From assembly GCA_003527965.1 (NCBI GenBank), contig DPVY01000086.1, positions 1 through 32,199 on the forward strand: a stretch of 32,199 nucleotides of DNA. The letters run 5' to 3'. Origin of the DNA: Fidelibacterota bacterium (GTDB taxonomy: Bacteria; Fidelibacterota; UBA2242). Shown here piece by piece: positions 11,494 to 19,966 of the stretch (positions within the stretch are counted from its first letter, which is position 1; every line of letters starts with the position of its first letter). The translations under genes were made by a program, and so were the position numbers. The notes beneath the pieces were generated by a model that was not told where the DNA came from, ran no database searches, and saw nothing but the letters and a program-made list of their open reading frames with translations.

Positions 11494-12693
11494 ATGAAAG
11501 AAAATGCACTTGTAGCACAGGCGGGCGGACCGACAACGGTTATTAATTCCAGTCTGTCCGGGATTATCAGCCAGTGTCTGAAAGAACCGTCTATCGACAA
11601 CATTTACGGCTGCCACTGGGGTATGCTGGGTCTGGTTGAAGACAACTTGATCGATTTAACTCAGGAAGAAGCCGCGACAATCGAAGGACTGAAGTACACG
11701 CCCTCCAGCGCTCTGGGCTCTTCTCGCTATAAACTGCAGGAATCCGATATGCCGCGAGTCCTGGAAATCCTGCAAAAACATAACATTCGTTACTTTTTCG
11801 GGATCGGCGGTAATGATACTATGTTAAATGTCTATCAAATCGAAAAATATTGCCGCGAACAGGGCTATGAACTCTACGGCATGGGCTGCCCAAAAACCGT
11901 CGATAACGATCATTTCGGCACGGATCATACACCGGGATTCCCCACAGCCGCGCGTTACGTCGCTCTCTCCATTTTGCAGGGCGGTATTCTAGCCCGGGAT
12001 ATGCAGAAAGTCGATCAGTTTGTGATCTATCAAACCATCGGTCGGGATGCCGGCTGGCTGGCTGCCGCGGCCTATGCCGCCAAACAATCCGAATGCGATC
12101 CACCCCACATCATTCTTTTACCCGAAGTTCCTTTCGATGCGGATAAATTCTTCAAAAAATTTGAGAACGTTTATAATCGCTGCGGATTTGTGTCCATCAT
12201 CTGCGGTGAAGGCATTGTGTATGCCGACGGCACACCGGTATCCGCTTCCAAAATCACCGATAATTTTTCCAATGTGGAATTCGGCGCCATGGGCGGCACA
12301 TCGGCGGCAATGATGCTGCATCGCATGATCTGCGATAAATACGATTACCGGGGTGAATTCCAGGTGCCCGAATCCCTGCCGATGTGTTCGGCTGACCGGG
12401 CTGTTGCGAGCGATATTGAAGAGGCCTTTGAATTGGGTCAAGAAGCGGTCGCCCTGGCCTGTCGGGGAAGCTCCGGGTTGATGACCACACTCGTTCGCAA
12501 AGGCAAACTGCCGTATAAAGTCAGCATCGGCGCCTTTCCGCTGGATCAGGTGGCAGCCAAAACCAAGCCGATACCTGCGAAATACATCGCCGAAGACGGA
12601 ATGATGATGACGGAAAAATTCCGGGAATATATCGATCCGCTGATTGGCGAATTACCCGAATACGTCCGCTTAAAATTTATCCCGGTTAAATAA
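11494..12693 (+). CDS. pfp: pyrophosphate-dependent 6-phosphofructokinase (PfkA family, PPi type)
   Basis: 399 aa with GGPTTVINSS. GIGGNDT has Asp where ATP-PFKs have Gly104, and PKTVDND has Lys where ATP-PFKs have Gly124. Both are the established PPi-specificity determinants. RBS AGGAG. Confidence 0.8.
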   Translation: MKENALVAQAGGPTTVINSSLSGIISQCLKEPSIDNIYGCHWGMLGLVEDNLIDLTQEEAATIEGLKYTPSSALGSSRYKLQESDMPRVLEILQKHNIRYFFGIGGNDTMLNVYQIEKYCREQGYELYGMGCPKTVDNDHFGTDHTPGFPTAARYVALSILQGGILARDMQKVDQFVIYQTIGRDAGWLAAAAYAAKQSECDPPHIILLPEVPFDADKFFKKFENVYNRCGFVSIICGEGIVYADGTPVSASKITDNFSNVEFGAMGGTSAAMMLHRMICDKYDYRGEFQVPESLPMCSADRAVASDIEEAFELGQEAVALACRGSSGLMTTLVRKGKLPYKVSIGAFPLDQVAAKTKPIPAKYIAEDGMMMTEKFREYIDPLIGELPEYVRLKFIPVK

Positions 12694-12714
12694 TTTCAGT
12701 TCAAGGAGTCAACT

Positions 12715-13725
12715 ATGAATTTACGTGAAGAAAAATATGCGGGGTTTGCGCTGGTGAAGGAGATGCTCGAAACTATCGGGATCGTTCGTAATTTCAGCAC
12801 AAAGGACCTCAGCGCCGTTACCGAGGCAATTAAGAAAACCGGCAAACTGTTTTTGACCGGTGAGGGATCGTCCCGCATTTTCCCGGCGAAAAACGCAATC
12901 AATGTAGCCCAAAAAAATGCTCTGCCTATTACAATTTATACCGAAGGCAGCCGCCAGGCTGCTGAACTGGATCTCAGTGATTATGTTCTGTTTGGCGCCT
13001 CTAATTCCGGTAAAACCAAAGAGGTTATTGCGCTGTTTAATTCCCGACCCGCAGCGAAAAAATACGCGCTTACCGCTTTTCAGGACACGCCTCTGGGAAA
13101 ACTTAGTGATGACGAATTTATTCTGAATTGCGGCAAAGAGAAAGCCGTGGCAGCAACGAAAAGCGTTATTGAGCAGGCCCTGTTTTATCAAAATTTAATT
13201 TATGATTTAATGGATAAAGAGATTTCCGAAGAAACGCTGAATACTCTTGCAGATCTATCCAAACATGTTTTGGAAATGGCGATCGATTCTGAAATCACGA
13301 CGCTGATTACCAAATCTCCGATTATTTATTTTGCCGGGCGAAATGTCGGCGTGGCCGAAGAAGCCACATTGAAAACCAACGAGATTACCCGCAAAAAGTC
13401 TGCCTATCTGGAAGGAACCTACGCGGTTCACGGTATTGAAGAGGTCATGGCAGCCGGCGAGACGGTTATTCTGGTCGAGCCATATCCGGAAGAAGAGGCA
13501 AAATTCAAAGAAGTCCTGGTAGACGGAGTCGGTCTGAATGTCATCGCCATCAGTTCCCGGAAAACTATTTTCCCGACAATCGAAATACCGGTGCTGGAGG
13601 GCTTCGACCATTACCTGCAGCTGCAGGCCTGCTGGAACGTGTTGATCGAAGTGGGCATTGCCGCCGGTGTTGATCTGGACAAACCGGAACGCGCCCGTAA
13701 AGTAGGCAACGAATTTATTCTGTAA
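12715..13725 (+). CDS. double SIS-domain sugar-phosphate isomerase/deaminase (GlmS-isomerase-like, AgaS/GlmD-like)
   Basis: 336 aa. SIS motifs FLTGEGSSRIFP and FGASNSGKTKEV, with a second SIS-like half. RBS AAGGAG. Confidence 0.7.
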   Translation: MNLREEKYAGFALVKEMLETIGIVRNFSTKDLSAVTEAIKKTGKLFLTGEGSSRIFPAKNAINVAQKNALPITIYTEGSRQAAELDLSDYVLFGASNSGKTKEVIALFNSRPAAKKYALTAFQDTPLGKLSDDEFILNCGKEKAVAATKSVIEQALFYQNLIYDLMDKEISEETLNTLADLSKHVLEMAIDSEITTLITKSPIIYFAGRNVGVAEEATLKTNEITRKKSAYLEGTYAVHGIEEVMAAGETVILVEPYPEEEAKFKEVLVDGVGLNVIAISSRKTIFPTIEIPVLEGFDHYLQLQACWNVLIEVGIAAGVDLDKPERARKVGNEFIL

Positions 13726-13749
13726 TTTTAAACCAATAAGGAATTGAAT

Positions 13750-14709
13750 ATGAATTATTATCTGGGAATCGATTTTGGCGGAACCGAAATCAAGATCGGT
13801 ATTATTGACGAAAACGGTTCAATTGTCACCAAAGACAAATACACCACCGATACCACAAAATCAGGCGCAGAAATTGTCGCCCATATCGCCGATTGTGCGC
13901 AGGAATTGATCGGCAAATCCGGTATCCCGAAAAGCGCTATCAAAGGCGCCGGCATCGGCTCTCCGGGACTGCTCGATCCGGAAAAGGGTCTTCTGAAAGT
14001 CGTAACCAATGTACCGCAACTGAATGGCATCAATTTCGCTGAAGGCATCGGCCGTCACCTGGGATTCCCGGCGTTTCTGGATAATGACGTTAATGCCATG
14101 ACCCTGGGTGAATTTTTCTTCGGCGCCGGCAAAGGCTTCAAACACGTCATCGGACTGACCCTGGGAACGGGTGTCGGCGGCGGCATTATCCTGGACGGCA
14201 AACTCTACCGCGGCACCAGTTTTACAGCCGGAGAGATTGGTCACCTGTCCATCGATTCCAACGGTCTGTACTGCCCTTGCGGCAATTACGGCTGCCTCGA
14301 ACGCTATATCGGCAAAGACGGCATCGTCACCCGCTTTAAAGCATACCAGGGCAAAGGCATTGAGACCGGGATTAATGATTATTTAGACAACGGCGAAATC
14401 ACACCAAAAGCCATCGCTATGGCAGCCGCCAATGGTGATAAACTGTCCGTCGAAGTGCTGACTGAAACCGGTAAAATCCTGGGAATTGCCCTGGCGTCAT
14501 TGACTAATGTTCTCAACCCGGAAATTTTCGTTATTGGCGGCGGTATCGCCAACGCCGGCGACCTGATTCTTGAGCCGGCTCGTCATGAACTGATCAAGCG
14601 GGCTTACACCATCCCGGCTCAGGCGGTCAAAGTTGTCCCGGCAGCGCTGAAAAATGACGCCGGTATCGTCGGTTCAGCCTCAATCGCCGTGGCGAAATTG
14701 GTCAGATAA
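13750..14709 (+). CDS. ROK-family sugar kinase (glucokinase / GlcNAc or GlcN kinase)
   Basis: LGIDFGGTEIKIG phosphate-1 motif and the ROK zinc motif CPCGNYGCLERY. Start moved to the ATG at 13750, 8 nt after AAGGA, instead of the TTG at 13744. Confidence 0.8.
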   Translation: MNYYLGIDFGGTEIKIGIIDENGSIVTKDKYTTDTTKSGAEIVAHIADCAQELIGKSGIPKSAIKGAGIGSPGLLDPEKGLLKVVTNVPQLNGINFAEGIGRHLGFPAFLDNDVNAMTLGEFFFGAGKGFKHVIGLTLGTGVGGGIILDGKLYRGTSFTAGEIGHLSIDSNGLYCPCGNYGCLERYIGKDGIVTRFKAYQGKGIETGINDYLDNGEITPKAIAMAAANGDKLSVEVLTETGKILGIALASLTNVLNPEIFVIGGGIANAGDLILEPARHELIKRAYTIPAQAVKVVPAALKNDAGIVGSASIAVAKLVR

Positions 14710-14831
14710 GAACGGTCTTATGTTTTCGGTGCGAAAACCCTTTAATTGGACAAATATGCAACGTTATTGCAATATTGTCAAATAATAACAGAACTGAAAA
14801 CGGGTTTACTCCGTCAAACCTGTTTCCGGCA

Positions 14832-14934
14832 CGTAGCGGCTAAACAGGTTTGAGTAGATTGTCCGATTCCCTGCATAATTCAATGATAAACCGCCGAAGC
14901 GATTATCCGGCTGGATGGCGCCATAAGTTCACCC
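14832..14934. repeat. 103-nt direct repeat, copy A
   Basis: Hand alignment with 18148-18250: the first 70 nt are identical, then 7 mismatches in 33 nt. Contains the hairpin CGC-CGAA-GCG (cUUCGg on the minus strand). Confidence 0.9.
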
Positions 14935-14954
14935 GAATAAATTCGGGTGTTGTT
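14930..14954 (+). terminator. terminator-like hairpin abutting repeat copy A
   Basis: CACCCGAA-TAAA-TTCGGGTG followed by TTGTT on the plus strand. No T-run in the minus orientation. Confidence 0.35.
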
Positions 14955-15037
14955 CCAAGAATCCAGATCCTAGCATTGAGACAACACCTATTTACTTTAA
15001 TAGAAATGAGCGCAGAAATCGTTCCCAGGCTAATTTA

Positions 15038-17338
15038 TTAGAGCGAGGTTTCCAGAGCCAAATATAACGTTCTTGGAATTCTAGGTCCATAAGTATAAGC
15101 CGGGTCACGATCCGACCCTCTATCAAGATCATCCTGAAAAGCATTTGTCATGTTTTTTATTCCCAGGGATATTTTTCCTTCTAAGCCCTGTGAAAACGTA
15201 TACCGATACGATAATCCTAAATCTACTTCGATAAATGAGCCACTTTTTTCAATAATTAAATCAGGATCTTCCTGACCTTCCACCAAAACCTCATGGGGAA
15301 TTAGAGCGCTACCGGTATAATTGGCGGCTGTAAATATACTACATCTCGAATTAAGATTATAAGAAACTCTAAAATTACCGTAAACATCCGGCGTTCTCAG
15401 GAATTCTTTGGTGCCAAAGTCTTCCAGTATCTGATTATATCTGTTTCTTTTTAAAGTCAAACCGCTGCGCAATTCCAACTTTGTAACAGGCTGAACTCCC
15501 AGATCAAATTCAATGCCTTTTACCCTGGCGCTTTTACCGTTAACCCTTTCCCAGATTTCGATATTTCCCAACTTCTCAATATATTCAATCGTAAATACAT
15601 TTGTCAAATCTGTCAGGAAACCGGTAACCGCGAACATTAGCGGGATCGAACCTATATATCCGATAAAATCGAGCCCTCCGCTGTATGAAAGACTGCGTTC
15701 TTCATTTAATTCTTTAAAGTTACGCGTGACTCTCTGGTCTCCGCCAACCGCGCAAAGATGTAAATCTTCATCATATGTTTGCGGAGCTTTAAATCCGGAT
15801 GTAACAGAAGCTCTGAGATTAAAGCCCCGCCCAAATTGGTATTTCAGGTTAAAGCGCGGACTAAAAATAATATTTTTAACTTCCGAATGCTTATCCAGTC
15901 TGGCGCCGACTACAAATTCCAATTGTTTTTCAGATCCGAAGTGCAGATTGTCCTGAATAAAAAATCCTATGTTCTCATACACCTCATCAATGTGATAAGT
16001 CGGATTAGCCGCGGCTTCATCTTTCAAGCCATCATTTGAATATTGAAGTCCTGCGCTAAATAACTGACCGCCAAGATTAAAATTTGCCTGCAGACCTCCT
16101 ATATTGAGCGGATTTTTTGTCACACCATAAAAACTAAGCGCTTCCAGCGAATCAGCAGGCGTACAACCGCCTAAGCCGCCGTAGTATGATTTACGATCCT
16201 GAAATGCAAAGGAATAATAAACCCGGTAATCAAATAAAGGACCCGTCCGATGACTCCAGCGCAAAGTGCCTCCTGTGCGCCAATGTTCAAGAGCTTCGGC
16301 TATTTCGGCTTCATGATAGGGCTTGTTAAATTTATTTCCGCCCCTGCGCATTTCATGAATGCGGTGCATTTGAACCGTTACTTCACCGGTTTTAAGCGGC
16401 TGATAAAACCATGAAAAACCCAGAGATTCATTCCGCAATTCGCCCAGTTCGCTATAGGTATCGCCATCAACATCAACCGGCTTCCTCACTCTTGACGATC
16501 CAAAAATATACGCGCCTGATTTTCCGTCATCACTCGCAATTTCCGCCATCGCGCCAACATGCATATCGGGCATTCCAAGTGTCGCATTCATCTGATACTT
16601 CATCTGCGCCCGGTTAATCATAGGCCTTCGGGTGATCAGATTTACCACACCGGCAATAGCCCCACCTCCATAAAGAGAAGAACCGCCTCCTTTAACAATT
16701 TCAATCCGGTCGATCATTTCTTCCGGGAAATGCTCTAAACCATAAACCCCCGCAAGACTGCTGACAACCGGATCGCCATCGACTAATATCTGCGAATATT
16801 TACCTTCCATGCCCAGTATTCGCACCTGGCTGAAGTTACAGTTACTGCAATTATTTTCGACCCGGACGCCGGTCTGAAAAGAAAGAGCATCTGCCAGGTT
16901 CATTGGATTTTTCTGCTCGATGGCAATTCGCGTAATAACCTCAGTCCTGACCGGCATATCTTTATAAATATGTGGAGTGCCGGTGCCGGTTACTACGACC
17001 GAACCCATTTCAAACATCGTCTGTTCGAGATCGAAGTTTATGATATATTCTTTTTCCTGATTTGCTTCAATTTCTTTTTTAACCATTTTATAACCAACCA
17101 TAGAGGCTACAATATGAATATTTCCTTTCGGAACGGACCATAATAAATACTCCCCGTTCTGATTGGTTGCAGCTCCAAGTGTCGTGTGTTCAATAAAAAC
17201 ATTGACGCCCGGCAGCGGTTCACCTCCGGAAACATCTGTTACTCGTCCTTTTACCACTATTTTGGATAAGGGCGGTTCTGCCCATGCGAAATTTATCACT
17301 CCCAATACAATCCAAATTAATATCAATATTTTACGCAT
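15038..17338 (-). CDS. TonB-dependent outer-membrane receptor with N-terminal CarboxypepD_reg-like domain
   Basis: 766 aa. Signal peptide MRKILILIWIVLGVINFAWA, a KGRVTD...PLPGVNV domain, a plug region carrying NCSNCNF, and a long beta-barrel with alternating pattern. Confidence 0.9.
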   Translation of the reverse strand: MRKILILIWIVLGVINFAWAEPPLSKIVVKGRVTDVSGGEPLPGVNVFIEHTTLGAATNQNGEYLLWSVPKGNIHIVASMVGYKMVKKEIEANQEKEYIINFDLEQTMFEMGSVVVTGTGTPHIYKDMPVRTEVITRIAIEQKNPMNLADALSFQTGVRVENNCSNCNFSQVRILGMEGKYSQILVDGDPVVSSLAGVYGLEHFPEEMIDRIEIVKGGGSSLYGGGAIAGVVNLITRRPMINRAQMKYQMNATLGMPDMHVGAMAEIASDDGKSGAYIFGSSRVRKPVDVDGDTYSELGELRNESLGFSWFYQPLKTGEVTVQMHRIHEMRRGGNKFNKPYHEAEIAEALEHWRTGGTLRWSHRTGPLFDYRVYYSFAFQDRKSYYGGLGGCTPADSLEALSFYGVTKNPLNIGGLQANFNLGGQLFSAGLQYSNDGLKDEAAANPTYHIDEVYENIGFFIQDNLHFGSEKQLEFVVGARLDKHSEVKNIIFSPRFNLKYQFGRGFNLRASVTSGFKAPQTYDEDLHLCAVGGDQRVTRNFKELNEERSLSYSGGLDFIGYIGSIPLMFAVTGFLTDLTNVFTIEYIEKLGNIEIWERVNGKSARVKGIEFDLGVQPVTKLELRSGLTLKRNRYNQILEDFGTKEFLRTPDVYGNFRVSYNLNSRCSIFTAANYTGSALIPHEVLVEGQEDPDLIIEKSGSFIEVDLGLSYRYTFSQGLEGKISLGIKNMTNAFQDDLDRGSDRDPAYTYGPRIPRTLYLALETSL

Positions 17339-17510
17339 ATTTTATTACCTTTCATTTTTATGTTCCGTTATAAACATACAATCATTTATTTCAACTTTAT
17401 CATTATTACTTTACAATCATTATATTTTCACTATTAATACACATGCCAAACAACTGTTACAAGGATGTTATAGCCCTGCAATTTCTTTTTGGTACTATGT
17501 AAATGATTAA

Positions 17511-17903
17511 TTAATAAATGAAATTTGGCGGGGCTCGAAGATAAATTTGAAATTTCGAGCAGTAATTGTAATTAATTAAAGGTACTTTAAACTTTCCAAT
17601 TAATATCTTCTTTATTATTATACCGAATAAGCAGAAAATAATTAGATAGTTAATTACATTATTTAACGCGTGGATAAATTGAATTTCTGATCTTGAATGA
17701 GAATGGTTAGCCTGTGATGGTCTGGAAACAGGATCATTTATGGGATGGCTATGAACAACTACATATCCATCCTCTAAAACATGTATATGTATGAACAGGT
17801 AATTATATGCAAAACAAATTGACAAAACAAGCGCCAGAATAACCGCGATTGTCTTAAATATTTTTGCCGATCTGTTCATTCCTACTCTTTTTGGGATTGT
17901 CAT
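17511..17903 (-). CDS. small His-rich membrane protein (hypothetical), upstream of the TonB receptor
   Basis: 130 aa with two hydrophobic segments (IAVILALVLSICFAY and YLIIFCLFGIII) flanking a His-rich loop HIHVLEDGYVVVHSHPINDP...NHSHS. The start codon is uncertain (alternative ATG at 17877-17879). Confidence 0.5.
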   Translation of the reverse strand: MTIPKRVGMNRSAKIFKTIAVILALVLSICFAYNYLFIHIHVLEDGYVVVHSHPINDPVSRPSQANHSHSRSEIQFIHALNNVINYLIIFCLFGIIIKKILIGKFKVPLINYNYCSKFQIYLRAPPNFIY

Positions 17904-18147
17904 TCAATATAAAATCTGACTGTGTTTGATTCCGATATTTAATTAATAAAAAAGTACGCGTCATAATATAAAAGATTTTTATCAATGCCGACAGATAAAA
18001 CATTAACTAATCTTTTCAACAGTACACGAGTCAGATCATTGGTTAATTTTGCGAAAGTTTAAATCTTTTGCAAAGTTCTAATAACTATCCCGGCTAAATA
18101 TTAACTGCGCCCGTCTGCCGCCAGGCAGGCAATTTAATTGTCCAGCG

Positions 18148-18250
18148 CGTAGCGGCTAAACAGGTTTGAGTAGATTGTCCGATTCCCTGCATAATTCAAT
18201 GATAAACCGCCGAAGCGGTTGGATGGCTGGATGGCGATATAAGTTCACCC
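18148..18250. repeat. 103-nt direct repeat, copy B
   Basis: See copy A. Here the internal hairpin is perfect: ACCGC-CGAA-GCGGT. Confidence 0.9.
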
Positions 18251-18303
18251 TGTTATAGTTCTGTCATGTCCTCAGACCTGACGGAATAGCGAGAAGATTA
18301 AAG

Positions 18304-18371
18304 TACACCTGTCAGGTTTATTCAAATAATTACATCCGAGGTAGAAGAATCTTTTAAACCTGACAGGTGTA
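18304..18371. repeat. 17-bp perfect inverted repeat with 34-nt spacer
   Basis: TACACCTGTCAGGTTTA (18304-18320) and its exact reverse complement TAAACCTGACAGGTGTA (18355-18371). Confidence 0.85.
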
Positions 18372-18396
18372 TCGCAGTTTGCGATGACGAATTGCG

Positions 18397-18426
18397 ATAA
18401 AAGCGTCAGGAGTAAGCTCCTGACGC
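18397..18426 (-). terminator. rho-independent terminator of the 119-aa ORF
   Basis: Perfect 10-bp stem GCGTCAGGAG/CTCCTGACGC with a 4-nt loop, followed on the minus strand by TTTTAT. It overlaps the stop codon. Confidence 0.55.
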
Positions 18427-18765
18427 AACTAAAAATCGATGAAAATCATGAATACGAATTTTTTCAATTAAATAATAGTAGGGTAATTTTTGAACAAGCT
18501 TTTCTTCAAAGTCTTTACGACTTTTTTTCGGATCACTGTTTTGAAATATTTTCAATTCCTGATTTAAAGCTGATTCAAGCATGATCTCTACGATTGCTCG
18601 AGATGGATAAATTGCTGCTATTAAATTGAAAAATTTTGTTGATTGTTTTTTACACCGCTGTGCTAAACAATAGAATCGTATTGCTCGTTTATATTGCTCT
18701 AAAATTCCCTGAATTTTTACATCTGGAAAGATTTTATCAGATTTAGTTTTATTACTTGATTTCAT
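18406..18765 (-). CDS. hypothetical protein (orphan, AT-rich context)
   Basis: 119-aa ORF with its own terminator. I recognise no family motif, and it may be a gene fragment. Confidence 0.4.
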   Translation of the reverse strand: MKSSNKTKSDKIFPDVKIQGILEQYKRAIRFYCLAQRCKKQSTKFFNLIAAIYPSRAIVEIMLESALNQELKIFQNSDPKKSRKDFEEKLVQKLPYYYLIEKIRIHDFHRFLVASGAYS

Positions 18766-18931
18766 TCGATTTCCGTAGCAACATTTCCACTGGAGTCAGA
18801 CATTTTTTTCATTATTACACTACCTTGCGCTATAACTTTGCAAAATTTTGAAACTTTCGCAAAGATAATAATATTCAGCTTCGGAACAGTCCTTTGCGTT
18901 TCTTTGCGCCTTTGCGGTTAAGTAAAAACCA

Positions 18932-19225
18932 TTATTCCGACGATTTTTTCCGCATCAACATCTCCACCGGCATCAGATACTTTTTTTCACTGTTGCACTG
19001 CTTGCATGACGCAACGATGTTGCCCTTGTTACTTTTTCCGCCACGGGCAACCGGCACGATATGGTCCATCGTCAACTCTTCCCTCGGAAATTTCTTGCCG
19101 CAGTAGTGGCAGATGCCCTCGTTCAATTTATTCTGCCACCACTGGCTTTTACGCAGTTCTTTGGCTCTCGCCCGTTCCCGGGCGATATGCTTTTCATCTT
19201 TTTGGATGGGAATCCAGTCGCTCAC
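18932..19225 (-). CDS. small HNH endonuclease
   Basis: 97 aa. HNH core CHYCG...LTMDHIVPVARGG...NIVASCKQCNSEK. Its GTG start overlaps the deoC stop (GTGA). Confidence 0.8.
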   Translation of the reverse strand: MSDWIPIQKDEKHIARERARAKELRKSQWWQNKLNEGICHYCGKKFPREELTMDHIVPVARGGKSNKGNIVASCKQCNSEKKYLMPVEMLMRKKSSE

Positions 19226-19932
19226 TGTTTTAATTTTTCCTCTGCACGCCGGACAATTTGAACACCTGAGCTGGTGCCAATGCGATTGGCTCCGGCTTCG
19301 ACCATTTTTATGGCTTCCTCAAAAGACCGAATACCACCCGATGCTTTTACGCCCAAATCATCTCCAACTATCCTGCGCATCAGTGCCACATCTTCAGCCG
19401 TTGCGCCCGCTTTACTAAAACCGGTCGATGTTTTGACAAAGTTTGCACCGGACAGTTTTGCAAGCTCGCAGGCTCTGATTTTCTCAGTCTCCGTGAGCAA
19501 GGCAGTTTCAATAATCACCTTAACAAGGTGACTCCGGGCGGCTTCGACCACGGCTTGAATGTCTTCCCGCACATAATTGTCATTGCCGGATTTCAGCATT
19601 CCGATATTTAATACCATGTCGATCTCCAGTGCACCGTCATCAACGGCAAACTCGGTTTCAATCTCTTTAGTCGATATCGTATTCGCTCCCAGTGGAAATC
19701 CAACGACCGTGGCAACCGGAATGCCGCTTCCTGCCAGATGTTCCACACAATAGGCAACATTGCCCGGATTGACACAAACAGCTGCAAAAGAATATTCACG
19801 CGCTTCCCGGCATAGTTTTTCAAGATCATCCAGCGTTGCATCCGCTCTTAGTAATGTATGATCAATAATCCGGGCGATGTTTCCCCGGGCATCGGCGACA
19901 GAAATGGTAGTTACAATGATGTTATTATTCAT
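19222..19932 (-). CDS. deoC: deoxyribose-phosphate aldolase
   Basis: IDHTLL, the VCV stretch, FVKTSTGF (Schiff-base Lys) and KASGGIR. Start set at the ATG 19930-19932, 13 nt after GGAGG. The longer track ORF would overlap the upstream gene. Confidence 0.9.
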   Translation of the reverse strand: MNNNIIVTTISVADARGNIARIIDHTLLRADATLDDLEKLCREAREYSFAAVCVNPGNVAYCVEHLAGSGIPVATVVGFPLGANTISTKEIETEFAVDDGALEIDMVLNIGMLKSGNDNYVREDIQAVVEAARSHLVKVIIETALLTETEKIRACELAKLSGANFVKTSTGFSKAGATAEDVALMRRIVGDDLGVKASGGIRSFEEAIKMVEAGANRIGTSSGVQIVRRAEEKLKQ

Positions 19933-19966
19933 ACTAATTTTTCTACCTCCACTTTTTTTGAATGAT

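Noticed and set aside
14832-14934. Cobalamin or TPP riboswitch controlling the TonB receptor.
   Set aside because: I find no B12 box (AGYCMGgAgaCCkGCc-like) and no TPP CTGAGA / ACCTGATCTGGATAATGCCAGCG-like core on either strand. Copy A is downstream of the receptor, not upstream. It is kept only as an unexplained repeat.
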